64,000 nt of DNA from Octopus sinensis (GCF_006345805.1 NC_043012.1:1178001-1242000); one strand, 5' to 3'; positions 26,317-39,677 are shown, numbered from the stretch's first letter. The notes: generated from the sequence alone by a model not told the origin. Translations and numbers: made by a program.

Positions 26317-26334
26317 TATATATCTATTTTTCCT

Positions 26335-26370
<36 letters not shown>

Positions 26371-26842
26371 TATTATTATTGTTATTATTATTATCCTTAT
26401 TATTATTGTTGTTGTCATTATGCTTCATTGTTGTCACCACCATCCCCACCACAACCGCTACCACTGCCACTCTTAGGAGCAGGAGGAGCAGGGCGATTTG
26501 ACTTACAATGAAACGAAACGAAAGAGAAAAAGAGAGAGAGGTAAAAATAATTCATAGATGAAGAAACAATGAAAGAAGCTGAAAACAAAAGCAACATTAA
26601 AAAATCGTGAATCTAAGAATCAAAATTAACTTATTATCTAAGAATTAATTATTAATGGAACTCTTCTTTAACTTCCATTTATTTTTGTGAACATGAACAT
26701 TTTTACAAAACATTTTGCAGTCATTCTTTTCATTTTTTATATCTTCTTTGTACTCCTTTTATTTCTTTATTTTTACAGACTTTTCTCTTTTCTCTCAAGC
26801 AATTTAAAAATTTAACAGCTAAATGTCATCTTTTTATCGCTT

Positions 26843-26882
<40 letters not shown>

Positions 26883-28259
26883 CTCTATTCTTCTCTTCTC
26901 TTTTTCTTTCTTCCACTGGCAGCCATAACTTATATAGAACAATACAAAAGCTGAAAAAAGATTGCAAGGTCTTTATGGTGTGTGTCTGATAAATATATTG
27001 GATAAATTTATTGAAATTTTCTGTGAATATTATTTAATGTTAACTTGTCAATCATTTACAGTGAAATAATAATAATGATAATAATAATAACACACTGGAA
27101 AATAACTAGGTAATTTGAATAAGTAAAATAAAATTACATTTTCCAGCTTTACAACATATGTTGATGAATAAAACACAAAGAAAAACACACACATTTGTAC
27201 ACATACAGTTGTACACAAACATTCTCTTCTATCCTTTGTATAAGATGTGAGAATTATTATTGAATTTACAAGATTATTATTCTAAAATAAATGTGCTTGA
27301 TTCTAATTTTATTGTCCGACTTTCATAACCTCTGGTAGTTTCAACATCACAGTGACTGCTTTATTTCATTTCAATTTTTTTTCCTTGTTTTACATCTGAT
27401 CTTATTGTGGTTTGTAAAATATGTTTACTTATTTTAAACCACATTTGAGAATATATATATATATATATTCTCATGTATATACATATACACGTGCAGCAGT
27501 ACACAGACACACAAACTTATATCTAATATTCAATGATGCATATGCATATATATAAAGATTTGTGTGTGTGTATGTGTGCATATATATATGTATATATGTA
27601 TATATTTATATATATATATATGTATGTATGTATTTGTATGTATATGTATGTATGTGTATATATATATATATTATATAAAATCCACTCACAAGGCTTTTGT
27701 CAGCCCAAGATTATAGTAGACGACATTTGCCCAAGTTTCCATGCAGTAGGACTGAACCTGGAACCATGTGGTTGGGAACCAGATGGCATGCCTTCTTACC
27801 ACACATCCATGCCTGTGCCTATATTGCATATATATGCAAGCCAGATGAGTGGTTAGCATATATGAACACAGTATCCTGCCACCCACCCATTGTGGTCAAA
27901 CACCTGGTGAAGGGTGCCAACAAGAGGACCATTAGCCTTTCCTCTAACCAAGAAATTTTCATCGTGGCAACCCTCTACTGTAACAAAGCCCCTAGCTGCC
28001 TGCAGGTTTCCTTATGAAGTCCCGGGACTCACAAGCCAACAGGGTCAGTCACGGATAGTGGTCTAAGCCTGACAACACCTTACATTTAACACCACTACTT
28101 TGTCCATGTGTTCAACAACTAGCAATGGGAACTTTGCTCCCTCCACTTAGATGAGAAGTTATAAACCACTGACCATTGGGGTCTGAAGAAATGCTATAAA
28201 GCTAAATGCTTTAGGAACAGGAAACAATGGGCAACTCCCTAGGCTGGCCATAACTATAT

Positions 28260-28630
28260 TTATCTAATAACCCTCCTGCTCTATAACTTAGAGTGTGTTT
28301 CTGTTTCAGATTTATGATTTACTGACGATACATGCATTGAGTCGAACCAGGTGCAGCTGATGAAGGGGAATTTTCCTTGTATTGTTTGTCCTGTACTCCG
28401 TTTTTTCGTTGTTTAAAAAAAGTCCGTTTCCTTGCTTTTACGTTGTTAAAAAAAGTCCGTTTCCTTGTTTGATTTTATGTTTTCGTTTCTCGTTGTGTTC
28501 TACGTTTATTTGTGGTGTCCTGTACTCATATATATATACATATGCATGTATATATACATATGCATGTATATATACATGTAGATGTAAGTATGTACATATA
28601 TGTGTGTATATATGAATATATTTTATTTAT
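28260..28630 (+). mobile_element. Probable Penelope-like 3' end with degenerate hammerhead cores
   Basis: CTGACGA..GTCGAAC at 28322-28347 and CTGATGAAGGG at 28357, as in 23361-24075. T-rich tail runs into (TA)n. Confidence 0.4.
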
Positions 28631-28667
28631 TTATTATATTATATTATATATATATATATATATATAA

Positions 28668-28950
28668 TTGAAATTTACAGTAAAATGAATGACAAAGACA
28701 GATGTATGAAAAACAAGCAGGTGTATTACTTTGATGCTCTGGAAAGTGAGGAGGTCTTTTACGTTTTGAGCCTACACTCTTCAACAGAAAAGAATAAGAG
28801 AAAATAAATAGAGAGAGGATAAAAAAAAACTTGTGGATTTAGCAGTCAAGCATGGCAACTGGTTGGAAAAATAGGTTTGACAGAAGAGGTTGAAAGAAGG
28901 GGAGATAATAAAGTATTGGTGATCCTAAAACGAAAGTGCATGCATGTGTG
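28668..28950 (-). mobile_element. P1 Penelope-like non-autonomous element
   Basis: Homologous to 2158-2310. - strand CTGTTGAAGAGTGTAGGCTCAAAACGTA (28760-28787). GGGAGATAAT motif also found beside the GIY-YIG fragment (~46495). Confidence 0.55.
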
Positions 28951-29279
28951 TGTGTCTGTGTGAGAATATTCAACCCAAGCAAGGTGATATACCTAGATAT
29001 TGAGGCAAAACACTCAAGTGATTTGAAACTTGTAACTTTATGTTACAAATATAAGACAAAATCAATATTCTGTGATAGGTTTTAGAAATAGTATATTGAC
29101 AATTCCTTATGTCTTTGTTTGTTTCGTTTCTGTTTGTTGTTGTCAAACAAGATTTTAGAAAATTAATTAAGATAGGCCTTAATTAACTTCTTCATCAATA
29201 GTGTTCAGATTTTTTCCTTTTCTTGATTTACATGTGATAAATGAAAAGGTATTTTTGTAAGCTGCCATATACGTAAGTA

Positions 29280-29805
29280 TGTTCATGTATGCATGTGTAT
29301 GTATGCATAAATTACGTATATGTGTGTGTGTGTTTCTATGTGTATATGTATGCACACATACATGTGTAAGATGGTGCATATGTGTGTGTGTATGTGCATG
29401 TATATTATATAAGTGTTTGTATGTATATAACGATATATTTATAGATATGTGTGTATATATGTATATGTATATATATATGTGTATATACATATATATGTAT
29501 ATATACATATATATGTGTATATACATATATGCATATAAATGCATAAATATGTATATATATATATATATTGTATGCATATGTGCGTATATATATGTGTACG
29601 TATGTGTATGTATATATGTAGATATATATATATATATATGTATGTATATTACTATGTTTGTGCATGCATGCATGCATAGATATGAATACACTTCTATGTA
29701 AGATCTCTAATCTTATTGCCATTAATATTACTTCCGTTGTCAAATTTCACACAACTCCATGTAAAATGTGTGTGTATATATATATGAATATATATATATG
29801 TATAT

Positions 29806-29877
<72 letters not shown>

Positions 29878-30184
29878 TTATGTGTGTATATATATATGTG
29901 TGTGTGTGTATGTGTGAGTGTGTGTGTATACTTTTATATATATGTATATGTATATATATATAGATAGACAGATAAATATATATATATACATACATACATG
30001 CATACATACATACATACATACATACATACATACGTACGTACATACATACATACATACACACATACATACAAACATACATACATACAAACATACATACAAA
30101 CATGCATACATACATACATACATACATACATACATAAATATACACACACACATACATACATACATACATACATACATACATACA

Positions 30185-30215
<31 letters not shown>
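29280..30215. repeat. Compound (TA)/(TG)/(CATA)n microsatellite block
   Basis: Direct inspection. Confidence 0.9.
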
Positions 30216-30216
<1 letters not shown>

Positions 30217-31328
30217 ATTCCAAGATTAACTTCAGAAATTTCATCTTTTATTGTTCAACTATGAAAGGCTTTTGGAATGTCTGAATGTCTACACTTGGAA
30301 CAATGATCTGTGTTTAGACATTTTAAAGTGTTTACAAATTTTATGACAAACATGAGTTTACAATATTTGCATGCATTGCCAGACGGCTGCCTCAGGGGTG
30401 GCATTGAAAAGGTGATTGCCACAGTGGTGGTGGTTGCATTTACATGAGTAAACATGTCCCAATTATTTTCAAATGGAAAAATATCAAGTACAAGATGGAG
30501 CTCCAGGCTTAGACATTTACTTTTGTAGAATAGAAGACACAACATAGAATAGTTTGGGAAACATCAATTCATTTGGAAAATAGAATTGTATGAACAGCGA
30601 TGACAACACCATCATTACAGTCAATACCAGCAATAACAGCAGCATTTGCTAACAATATAGCACAAAGGTGCAACTCAGCATACATAAGCTAGCTTGAGTA
30701 GAAGTGGTGGTGCTATGTTCCAAAAGTTAGTACCTCCTTGCTTGAAAAAATTATTCAGTAAAGGGCAAGGAAAAAGTGAAACACACTTTTATGTTATGCC
30801 TGTTTGATATTCAGTGGTATTTGTGTGAAATCAGGAAACACCTGTCCAATACTGCAAGGAACTGTCTGGCAGTCTTCAAAGAAATATTCAATGTGTGGAT
30901 TGGGTTATACCAGCGTACGATGTGATTTTTGTATACTCTTGAAAAAGATGGAGAAGAATTTGATTGATGTATAGCAAGACATATGATCCATCACCTGTGC
31001 TGAAGCATATGGAAGTGAAGTCCTGGTTTTTTAAATCAAAGATAGGGTGAGGAAATAAGAAGAGTTTCTTGAGTTGTACAATTATAGACAAATATTATCT
31101 TTTAGCTTGTTTTAGTCAGCAGATAACAGCCTTCCTGGGGCACCAACTTGAAGAAATTTTCACTGAACAAATCAATCCCTGTACCTATTTTAAGTTTGGT
31201 AATTAATCTATTGGTCTCTTTTGCTGAACTTGTATGTAAACAAACCAACAAAAGTTGTCAAGTAAAGTGGGTGCACAGACACAAACACTCAGACACACAT
31301 GTATATATAGATATATAGATACATGTGT

Positions 31329-31559
31329 AAGGTGGCGAGCTGGCAGAACCGTTAGCGCGCTGGGTGAAATGCGTAGCCGTATTTCGTCTGCCATTACGTT
31401 CTGAGTTCAAATCCCGCTGAGGTCAACTTTGCCTTTCATCCTTTCGGGGTCGATAAATTAAGTACCAGTTACACACTGGGGTCGATGTAATCAACTTAAT
31501 CCGTTTGTCTGTCCTTGTTTGTCCCCTCTGTGTTAGCCCCTTGTGGGTAATAAAGAAAC
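31329..31559 (+). mobile_element. tRNA-derived SINE family B with 20-bp TSD
   Basis: GGTGGCGAGCTGGCAGAA...GAGTTCAAATCCCG head, central GCCTTTCATCCTTTCGGGGTCGATAAA. TSD AGATATATAGATACATGTGT at 31309-31328 and 31560-31579. Confidence 0.88.
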
Positions 31560-31574
31560 AGATATATAGATACA

Positions 31575-31621
<47 letters not shown>

Positions 31622-31982
31622 CCTACACACTTTACTTTGCAACAGAAGTGAGTGAGAATCTTATAACTTTGTGTGTTTATACAGCAGAGTTCAAGGTCAA
31701 TATGTGCCAAGTAGCTTCACTCTGCAGACTTTAACTCCATTACCATAGCAACAGACCCAATACTTCTTGAACCGACTGAGTATGCAAAGGTTACCTGTAA
31801 CTTGGTCCATATGGACACAGGCCCCAAATGAGCCCTTGAATAGCATAATAACGATGCTATTATCAAGCTGTACTTTATAATTGAGTGAACAGAGACAAAC
31901 ACTGTGCCAACTGGTCATAATAATGGTGCATAGCAGATGACTAACTGCTCAACATGCAATAGTAAAGACCAAGGCTATAGTA

Positions 31983-33228
31983 TTGGGTTGTCCGGAAAGT
32001 TCATGCCGATTTTTAAACGAAAGAAAAAGATCAATAAATACTTGCCATTACATTTTTAATCAATCAAATATGAACCGTTTTGTTGTACAATGCATCTCCA
32101 TCTTTCCTTTAACTGGAAAGTACCCTCTTCTTAGAATTGAGGTGGTTTCATGGCAAAGAATTCGTCAAGGTATCTTTTTACGTCCTCCAAGGAATTGAAA
32201 TTTTTACCATTAAGACTATTCTGCAGAGAACTGAATGAGTGGAAATCTGAAGGAGCAATATCTGGTGAATGAGGAGGGTGGGGTAGCACATCCAAGCCAA
32301 GCTGTAGCAATTTTTGTCTGGTTCCCAAAGAAACATGCGGTCTTGCATTATCCTTTTGGGCATTTCTGGACATTTCTCTTGAATTGCTGCTTTTAACTTG
32401 TCTAGTTGTGTGCAGTATTTCTCAGAATTAATTGTCTGGTTACTTGGGAGAAGCTCATAGTACAGAATTCCTTTCCAATCCCACCAGACACAAAACAAGA
32501 CGTTTTTAGAGTTAAAACCCGCTTTTTGGGTGGCTATGGGTTGCTCATGTTGCTTACTCCAGGATTGCCTTCTCTGAACATGTTTCATCACCTGTCATAA
32601 TTTGCTTTAAAAAAGGCGCATTTTCATTCCATTTATAAAGCAAATCACAGATGGAAATGTGATCCAAAATGTTCTCACTTAACTCATGTGATACCCAAAC
32701 ATCGTAGTGATTTGTGCACCCAAGCTTTACCAGGTGCTAATGAACAACAAATTTTGATAGGTTGAGGCTTTCTGCCAATTCTCAGGTTGTGTAATGTGGG
32801 TTATTCTCAATTAATGACTTGATTTGGTCATCATCTGTAGTGGATGGTCTGCCTGATCGCTCTTTATCAATAAGGCTACAATCTCCAGCTCGGAACCTTG
32901 CGAACCACTTCTGTACAGTTCTTTCGGATAAAGAAACATCACTGTAAACTGCGCATATTTCTTTGGTTGCTTGTGAGGCATTTTTCCCTTTACGGAGAAA
33001 GAAAAGAAAGCATCAAGTGCCAAAAATGAACTTTCTTATCTTCCATTTTAAAGGGTTACAGAATTAACATAGGTTATAGGAAGAGAAACCTTCTTCCATG
33101 AAAAGATAGCTTAAACCGTGCTCTAAATGGTGGTGTAGTCAAATCCTATTTTATGGACTCAACCATGTTCTAAAATAAGTCGAACCGTATGCTACTATAA
33201 ATCGGCATGAACTTTCCGGACAACCCAA
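31983..33228 (-). mobile_element. Near full-length defective mariner (DD34D)
   Basis: TA|TTGGGTTGTCCGGAAAGTTCATGCCGATTT TIRs at both ends, 1246 bp. Remnants VLFCVWWDWKGILYYELL and DNARPH...HSPDIAPSD, with frameshifts. Confidence 0.93.
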
Positions 33229-34090
33229 TATAATAAATTATACATGTTCAAGATGCTGGGCCGTAGGACCGCACCCAAAATCTCATGGCTTTATATCGAA
33301 GGTGTTAACCACACAGCCACATGCATTATATATGACACTTAAATACCATACATCATGCACTTGTCATCATTTCACGCCAGTCTATATGAATACAGAATGA
33401 CTTTGATGTTAACCAATGAAATATTGAATATTCTAAAATACTCTAAAATCTCAGCACGTAATAAGCTAAATATATAAACGGGCACATCACACCCCCACGA
33501 CACCCAGGCCCCACTCCCCCACAAATACACACATACACACAGAAACAGATGCATACACATATACAAATACATGTATACACACACACATATATATATATAT
33601 AAAAACACATGTATATAAACATATGAATATAGAAATATATATACATGCATATATCTACTTATATACACACATATATACAAATATGTATGCATACACACAC
33701 ATATGCATGTATAAATACACATATACAAATATGTATATATATACACCTTATACACATTTGTGTGAGTGTGTGTCTGTTTATTTCCACAATTCTATATGAT
33801 TTGGTGAATTTTTCTCTTAAACTTTTCCTATTGAAATTAATTATTCAAAATTCTAGGTTTTCCCTATATTAATAGTGATAATAAACATTAACTTGATTTA
33901 CTGAAGAGGACACATGCAGACATACACACACGACACACACACACACACACACACACGTACATACAGATACATACACAGCTAGACAGACAGAGAACTACAT
34001 GTAAAGAGATAAATAAAAATAATAGATTTATACCCTATAAACATACACACATACAACATATACACACGTTTGTGGGTGAGTGTGTGCATG

Positions 34091-34122
<32 letters not shown>

Positions 34123-34396
34123 CATATGCATGTGTATGTATATATATATACATACACACACATATATATATACATACATAACATACCTATCTTTATATGT
34201 ATATGTATATATACATACACCTACATAAGTATATATATATATATATATATACACACACATACATATATATACACGCATATATATATATACACACATACAT
34301 ATATATATATACACATATATATACATATACATACATCTATGTTATATATTTATGTATATACATATATATGTGTGTGAATGTATGTAATTATGTATG

Positions 34397-34436
<40 letters not shown>

Positions 34437-34763
34437 TGCACAGACACACGCACATATATATACATACTCACACATACATGTGTGTATATATATATATATA
34501 TATATTATATACATGTATATATGTATATTCACTAACAGTCTGATAGAAGCTGGAAAATAGATTAGTAAAAACATTTAGATGAGCTGATAGACAGATAGTG
34601 AATGAGTGAAACAGAAAATAAAATATTGTGAAGTACCAAGCTAGAGGACTAATACTCCTGCACACACGCCCACACACGCTCGCACACACACACTCTTACA
34701 CACACACTGTCTCAAAGATACATAATATAGTAACTTGATAAACTTCAACAAACAGATAATCCA

Positions 34764-35150
34764 TGGCGGTGAGCTGGCAGAAATGTTAGCACATTGGGTG
34801 AAATGATTTGTGGTATCTTGTCTGCCGCTATGTTCTGAGTTCAAATTCCGCCGAGGTCGACTTTGCCTTTCATCCTTTCGGGGTCGATTAAATAAGTACC
34901 AGTTATGCACTGGGGTCGATATAATCGACTTAATCCATTTGTCTGTCCTTGTTTGTCCTCTCTGTGTTTAGCCCCTTGTGGGTAGTAAAGAAAAAGGTAT
35001 TTTGTCTGCCACTACATTCTGAGTTCAAATTCCGCTGAGGTAGACTTTGACTTCCATCCTTTCGAGGTCAATAAATTAAGTACCAGTTGTGTACTAGGGC
35101 CGATCAAATCCTCCAAAATTTCAGACTTTGTGCTTAGAGTAGAAAAAAAT
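34764..35150 (+). mobile_element. Composite (dimeric) SINE B with TSD
   Basis: Full monomer, restart at GGTATTTTGTCTGCC (~34996), then a different tail. Flanked by AAACAGATAATCCA / AAACAGATTATCCA. Confidence 0.8.
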
Positions 35151-35262
35151 AAACAGATTATCCAAACAAGTAGTGGATAAAAACTCCCTCTGAGGTGTAT
35201 GTGTGTGAATCCATTTGTGTCTGTGTAGGTATATCTATCTATCTATGTGTATATATATATAT

Positions 35263-35478
35263 TCCTTTATTCTTTACTTGCTTCAGTCATTTGACTGTGG
35301 CCATGCTGGAGCACCACCTTTAGTCAAATTAATTGACCCTAGGACTTATATTTTGCGAACCTAGTACTTATTCTATCCATCACTTTTGCCAAAATAAGTT
35401 ACAGGGACGTAAACACACCAACATCAATTGTCAAGCGAAGGTGGGGGGACAAACACAGACACACAAACATGTACATAC

Positions 35479-35510
<32 letters not shown>

Positions 35511-35708
35511 GTAGGTCCCGGGTTGATTCGGGGTTAACCACAGTAAATAAGGTACTCAATACATAGCAGAGTAAATTAATTTATTTTATAGAAGGAGCTT
35601 CTACAGGACTAGAACTGTTTCATTCAAATGAAATCATCAGGAAGCTTCCTGATGATTTCATTTGAATGAAACAGTTCTAGTCCTGTAGAAGCTCCTTCTA
35701 TAAAATAA

Positions 35709-35744
<36 letters not shown>

Positions 35745-35911
35745 CGACAGGCTTCTTTCAGTTTCCATCTACCAAATCCACTCACAATACTTTGGTCGGC
35801 CCAAGGCTACAGTAGAAGACACTTGCCAAGGTGTCATGCAGTGGGACTGAACCTGGAACCATGTGGCTGAGAAGCAAGCTTCTTAGCTTACCACTCAGCA
35901 ATGCCTGCACC
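35263..35911 (-). mobile_element. SINE family A interrupted in its (TA)n tract
   Basis: Family A halves lie either side of the 35511-35710 insertion. Confidence 0.85.
35511..35710 (-). mobile_element. Fold-back element: perfect 132-bp palindrome with hammerhead core plus 68-nt tail
   Basis: 35579-35710 is a spacer-less perfect palindrome centred on GAAG|CTTC. CTGATGA-TTTCATTTGAAT-GAAACAGTT starts at 35649. Confidence 0.75.
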
Positions 35912-35953
35912 TATGTTGAACAATTTTATCCTTAATTGTTATATATATATATG

Positions 35954-36660
35954 ACCTTCGAACGTTGAGCCTTATGGAGGCGATAATGAGTGACCGAGAC
36001 CTTTTGAGATATGCTATGCTTGAGAAGACCCGGCAAGCCAAGCGAGTCCATAGCTGTGGCCTATGCCAGTGCAGCATAACTGACCCATTTAAGAGTACTC
36101 TTCAATCATTGGGCAATAAACTGCGCTCATGAAGAACTGTTGAGTCAAGGGAAGTCATTGTCATGGCCAATGCCAGTACTGCTTGACTGGTTCCTGTACT
36201 GGTGGCAAGTAAAAAGCATCATTTGAATGTAGTCGATGCCAGTGCTACCTGACTCGTCCTCGTTATGTGGCACATAAAAAGAACCGTTTGAGTGTGCCTG
36301 TTGCTAGTGCCGCATGACTGGCTCCTATGCCGGTGGCATGTAAAATGCACCATTCAAGCGTGGTTGTTGCCAGTGCTACATGACAGGCTCCCATGCCAGT
36401 AGCACGTAAAAGGCATCATTTGAGCATGGTTGTTACTAGTGCCACCTGACTGGCCCTCATACTGGTGACATGTAAAAAGCACCCATTACACTCTTGGAAT
36501 GGTTGGCATTAGGAAGGGCATCCAGCTGTAGAAACCTTGCCAGATCAGACTGGAGCCTGGTCCAGCCTCCTGGCTTGCCAGTCCTCAGTCAAACCATCCA
36601 ACCCATGCCAGCATGGAAAACGGATGTTAAACGATGATGATGGTATTGATGATGATGATA
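35954..36660 (+). mobile_element. RTE LINE 3' end: last ORF2 codons, minisatellite UTR and (GAT)n
   Basis: DLRTLSLMEAIMSDRDLLRYAMLEKTRQAK followed by repeat units and the family C terminus. Confidence 0.8.
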
Positions 36661-36782
36661 TATATATATATACACACATATATATATGATGAAGATATAT
36701 AAATATACATATACATATATACATACATACATATATATATATATAATATATATATATATATATACACAGATACATATATATA

Positions 36783-36979
36783 TCATCATCATCATCGTTT
36801 AACGTCCACTTTCCATACTGGCATGGGTTAGACGATTTTGACTGAGGGCTGGCAAGCCAGATGGCTGCACCAGGCTCCAACCTTGATCTGGCAGAGTTTC
36901 TACAGCTGGATGCCCTTCCTAACGCCAACCACTCCGAGAGTGTAGTGGGTGCTTTTTTCGTGCCACCGGCACAGGCATG

Positions 36980-36980
<1 letters not shown>
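36783..36980 (-). mobile_element. RTE LINE 3' end (family C)
   Basis: Reverse-complement terminus, tail-to-tail with 35954-36660. Confidence 0.8.
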
Positions 36981-37014
<34 letters not shown>

Positions 37015-37798
37015 AGCTAACCAAAACCTTATGAATAGATTTGGCAGACAGAAACTGAAAGAAGTCCATCGTATAAGTCAACGTGTGTGTGTGTGTGCGT
37101 GTGTAAGTATGTGTGTGTTTGTGCCTCCTTGTTTTGACATAGCATGATAATTGTAAATAAGTTTCATCACCATCATACAAGAGACATCACATATTTTCAG
37201 TCTTCCATGAAAACATGTCTGGTCAATGGGAAATATTAACCTTACTTAGAAACAGGTGTGGCTTTGCAACAAGGAAGGGCATCAGGCTGTAGAAGACCTG
37301 TCCCATCTGACCCATGCAAGCATGGGAAAGTGAACGATAAAAAAAAATGTGGATGTGGAGGAGAAAGTAAAGGAGGATGATGGTGATGACAGCAACGATG
37401 ATAACAATAACAATTATTATTATGATGATGAAGATATATACAAAGAAGATAAAAATTTTATATTTGTCTGAATGTATTTCAAAATAAAAATAAACTAATT
37501 TTCTCCAAGATATCTTCAAACATCAAAGTTAATTAATATATATTATGATGATAAATGAATAAATGATATATCGTTATTTTGACTTCTCTTTGACGTTTTT
37601 CATACAACAATAATATATTTCATATATTTGTGGCATTGTTATCTGAAGACAAATAACTTTGATTGTTTCTTGATGTGAAAATGGATTTATGCTCAGGAAA
37701 ATATCAGTTCATTTAAAGGCGTCTATTGGTGCTGTCGAGAACGTCTACACTGGGGGCGTTAACACCTTGCCCCTATAAAATAATTTTTTTCGTTTTTC

Positions 37799-38130
37799 TG
37801 TGCCAGTGGTGCATAAAAAGCACAGTCCGAATGTGGCCATTGCCAGCGCCGCCTTGGCTGGCTTCCGTGCCGGTGGCACGTTAAAAGTTCCAACCGATCG
37901 TGTCCGATGCCGGTCCCCACCGGCACCCGTGCAGGTGGCACGTAAAAAGCACCCACTACACTCGTGGAGTGGTTGGTGTTAGGAAGGGCATCCAGCTGTA
38001 GAAATTCTGCCAGATCAAACTGGAGCCTGGTGCAGCCTTCTGGCTTCCCAGACCCCAGTTGAACTGTCCAACCTGTGCTAGCGCAGAAAACGGACGTTAA
38101 ACGATGATGATGATGATGATGATGATGATG
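37799..38130 (+). mobile_element. RTE LINE 3' end (family C)
   Basis: Highly similar to 1-361. Confidence 0.8.
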
Positions 38131-38215
38131 AAAGCATTTGCTCATTACAAGGTCTTTGCACTACTGAAAATGGTAAGTGCTGCTAGTATAAAAGGGATGC
38201 TAGACAGAAGTCAGA

Positions 38216-38577
38216 GGCATAGGAGTGGCTGTGTGGTAAGTAGCTTTCTTACCAACCACATGGTTCTGGGTTCGGTCCCACTGCATGGCAACTTGAGCAA
38301 GTGTCTTCTACTATAGTCTCAGGCTTATGAGTGGGTTTGGTAGATGGAAACTGAAAGAAGCTCGTCGTATATATGTATATATGTGTGTGTGTGTGTATAT
38401 GTTTGTGTGCCTGTGATTGTTCCCCCAACATTGCTTGACAATTGATGGTGGTGTGTTTATGTCGCCGTAACTTAGCGGTTCGGCAAAAGAGACCGATAGA
38501 ATAAGTCCTAGGCGGTGCTCCAGCATGGCTACAGTCACATGACTGAAGCAAGTAAAAGAGTAAAGAGTAAAAGAGTA
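38216..38577 (+). mobile_element. SINE family A (internal deletions)
   Basis: Family A match. Confidence 0.82.
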
Positions 38578-38793
38578 GGTGACGATGTACATTAAACTTA
38601 AAAGACTGGAGGTTATGTTGAAGAGGAAAACAAAACTGTGGAAAGGAATTCCAAACTCAGTACGCATGCACAGCAGAGTTCAAGGTCAATCTGTGCCAAG
38701 TGGCTACACTCTTTCTGCTTTAGCTTCGTTACTATGGCAACAATCCGGATACTTATTGATTAGATCTTGTGTGTGTGTGTATAAATATATATA

Positions 38794-38965
38794 GGCGCAG
38801 GAGTGGCTGTGTGGTAAGTAGCTTGTTTACCAACCACATGGTTCTGGGTTCAGTCCCACTGCGTGGCACCTTCGGCAAGTGTCTTCTACTATAGCCTCGG
38901 GCCGACCAGAGCCTTGTGAGTGGATTTGGTAGACGGAAACTGAAAGAAGCCCGTCGTATATATGG

Positions 38966-39001
<36 letters not shown>

Positions 39002-39211
39002 TCGTGTGTCTGTGTTTGTCCCCCTAGCATTGCTTGACAACCGATGCTGGTGTGTTAATGTCCCCTTTACTTAGCAGTTTGGCAAAAGAGACCAATAGAA
39101 TAAGTACTGGGCTTACAAAAGAATAAGTCCTGGGGTCGAGATGCTTGATTAAAGGTGGTGCTCCAGCATGGCCGCAGTCAAATGCCTGAAACACGTAAAA
39201 GAGTAAAAGAG
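38794..39211 (+). mobile_element. SINE family A
   Basis: Full-length family A match. Confidence 0.88.
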
Positions 39212-39228
39212 ATATATATATACATACG

Positions 39229-39622
39229 CTTTTACTCTTTTTACTCTTTTACTTGTTTCAGTCATTTGACTGCGGCCATGCTGGAGCACCGCCTTTAGTC
39301 GAGCAAATCGACCCCGAGACTTATTCTTTTGTAAGTCCAGTACTTATTCTATCGGTCTCTTTTGCCGAACCGCTAAGTGACGGGGACGTAAACACACCAG
39401 CATCGGTTGTCAAGCAATGCTAGGGGGACAAACACAGACACACAAACACATACACACACACTTATATATATATATACATATGTACAACAGGCTTCTTTCA
39501 GTTTCCGTCTACCAAATCCACTCACAAGACATTGGTCGGCCGGGGCTATAGCAGAAGACACTTGCTCAAGATGCCAGCAGAGGGACTGAACCCAGAACCA
39601 TGTGGTTGGTTAGCAAGCTACT
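39229..39622 (-). mobile_element. SINE family A
   Basis: Reverse-complement copy less than 20 bp from the previous one. Confidence 0.88.
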
Positions 39623-39639
39623 TATATATATATATATAT

Positions 39640-39640
<1 letters not shown>

Positions 39641-39677
<37 letters not shown>

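Noticed and set aside
29179-30264. Many YI/HT/CV-rich ORFs here and throughout the window
   Set aside because: Dinucleotide and tetranucleotide microsatellites lack stop codons, so these frames are not coding.
30572-30628. - strand peptide GIDCNDGVVIAVHTILFSK resembling a proteasome alpha subunit (GIRCKDGVV.AV....SK)
   Set aside because: Similarity is limited to 19 aa, followed immediately by a stop, with no flanking match. The + strand has faint LINE endonuclease-like words (GFWNV, YVP). A tBLASTn would settle it.
36180-36490. Repeat-spacer pattern resembling a CRISPR array
   Set aside because: Linkers are homologous to each other, repeats are degenerate, there are no cas genes, and the array lies in an RTE 3'UTR in eukaryotic DNA.
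37698-37779. Possible terminal exon KISVHLKASIGAVENVYTGGVNTLPL*
   Set aside because: Weak pyrimidine tract. TTAA-AGG start and context fit a DNA-transposon (Kolobok-like) end equally well.
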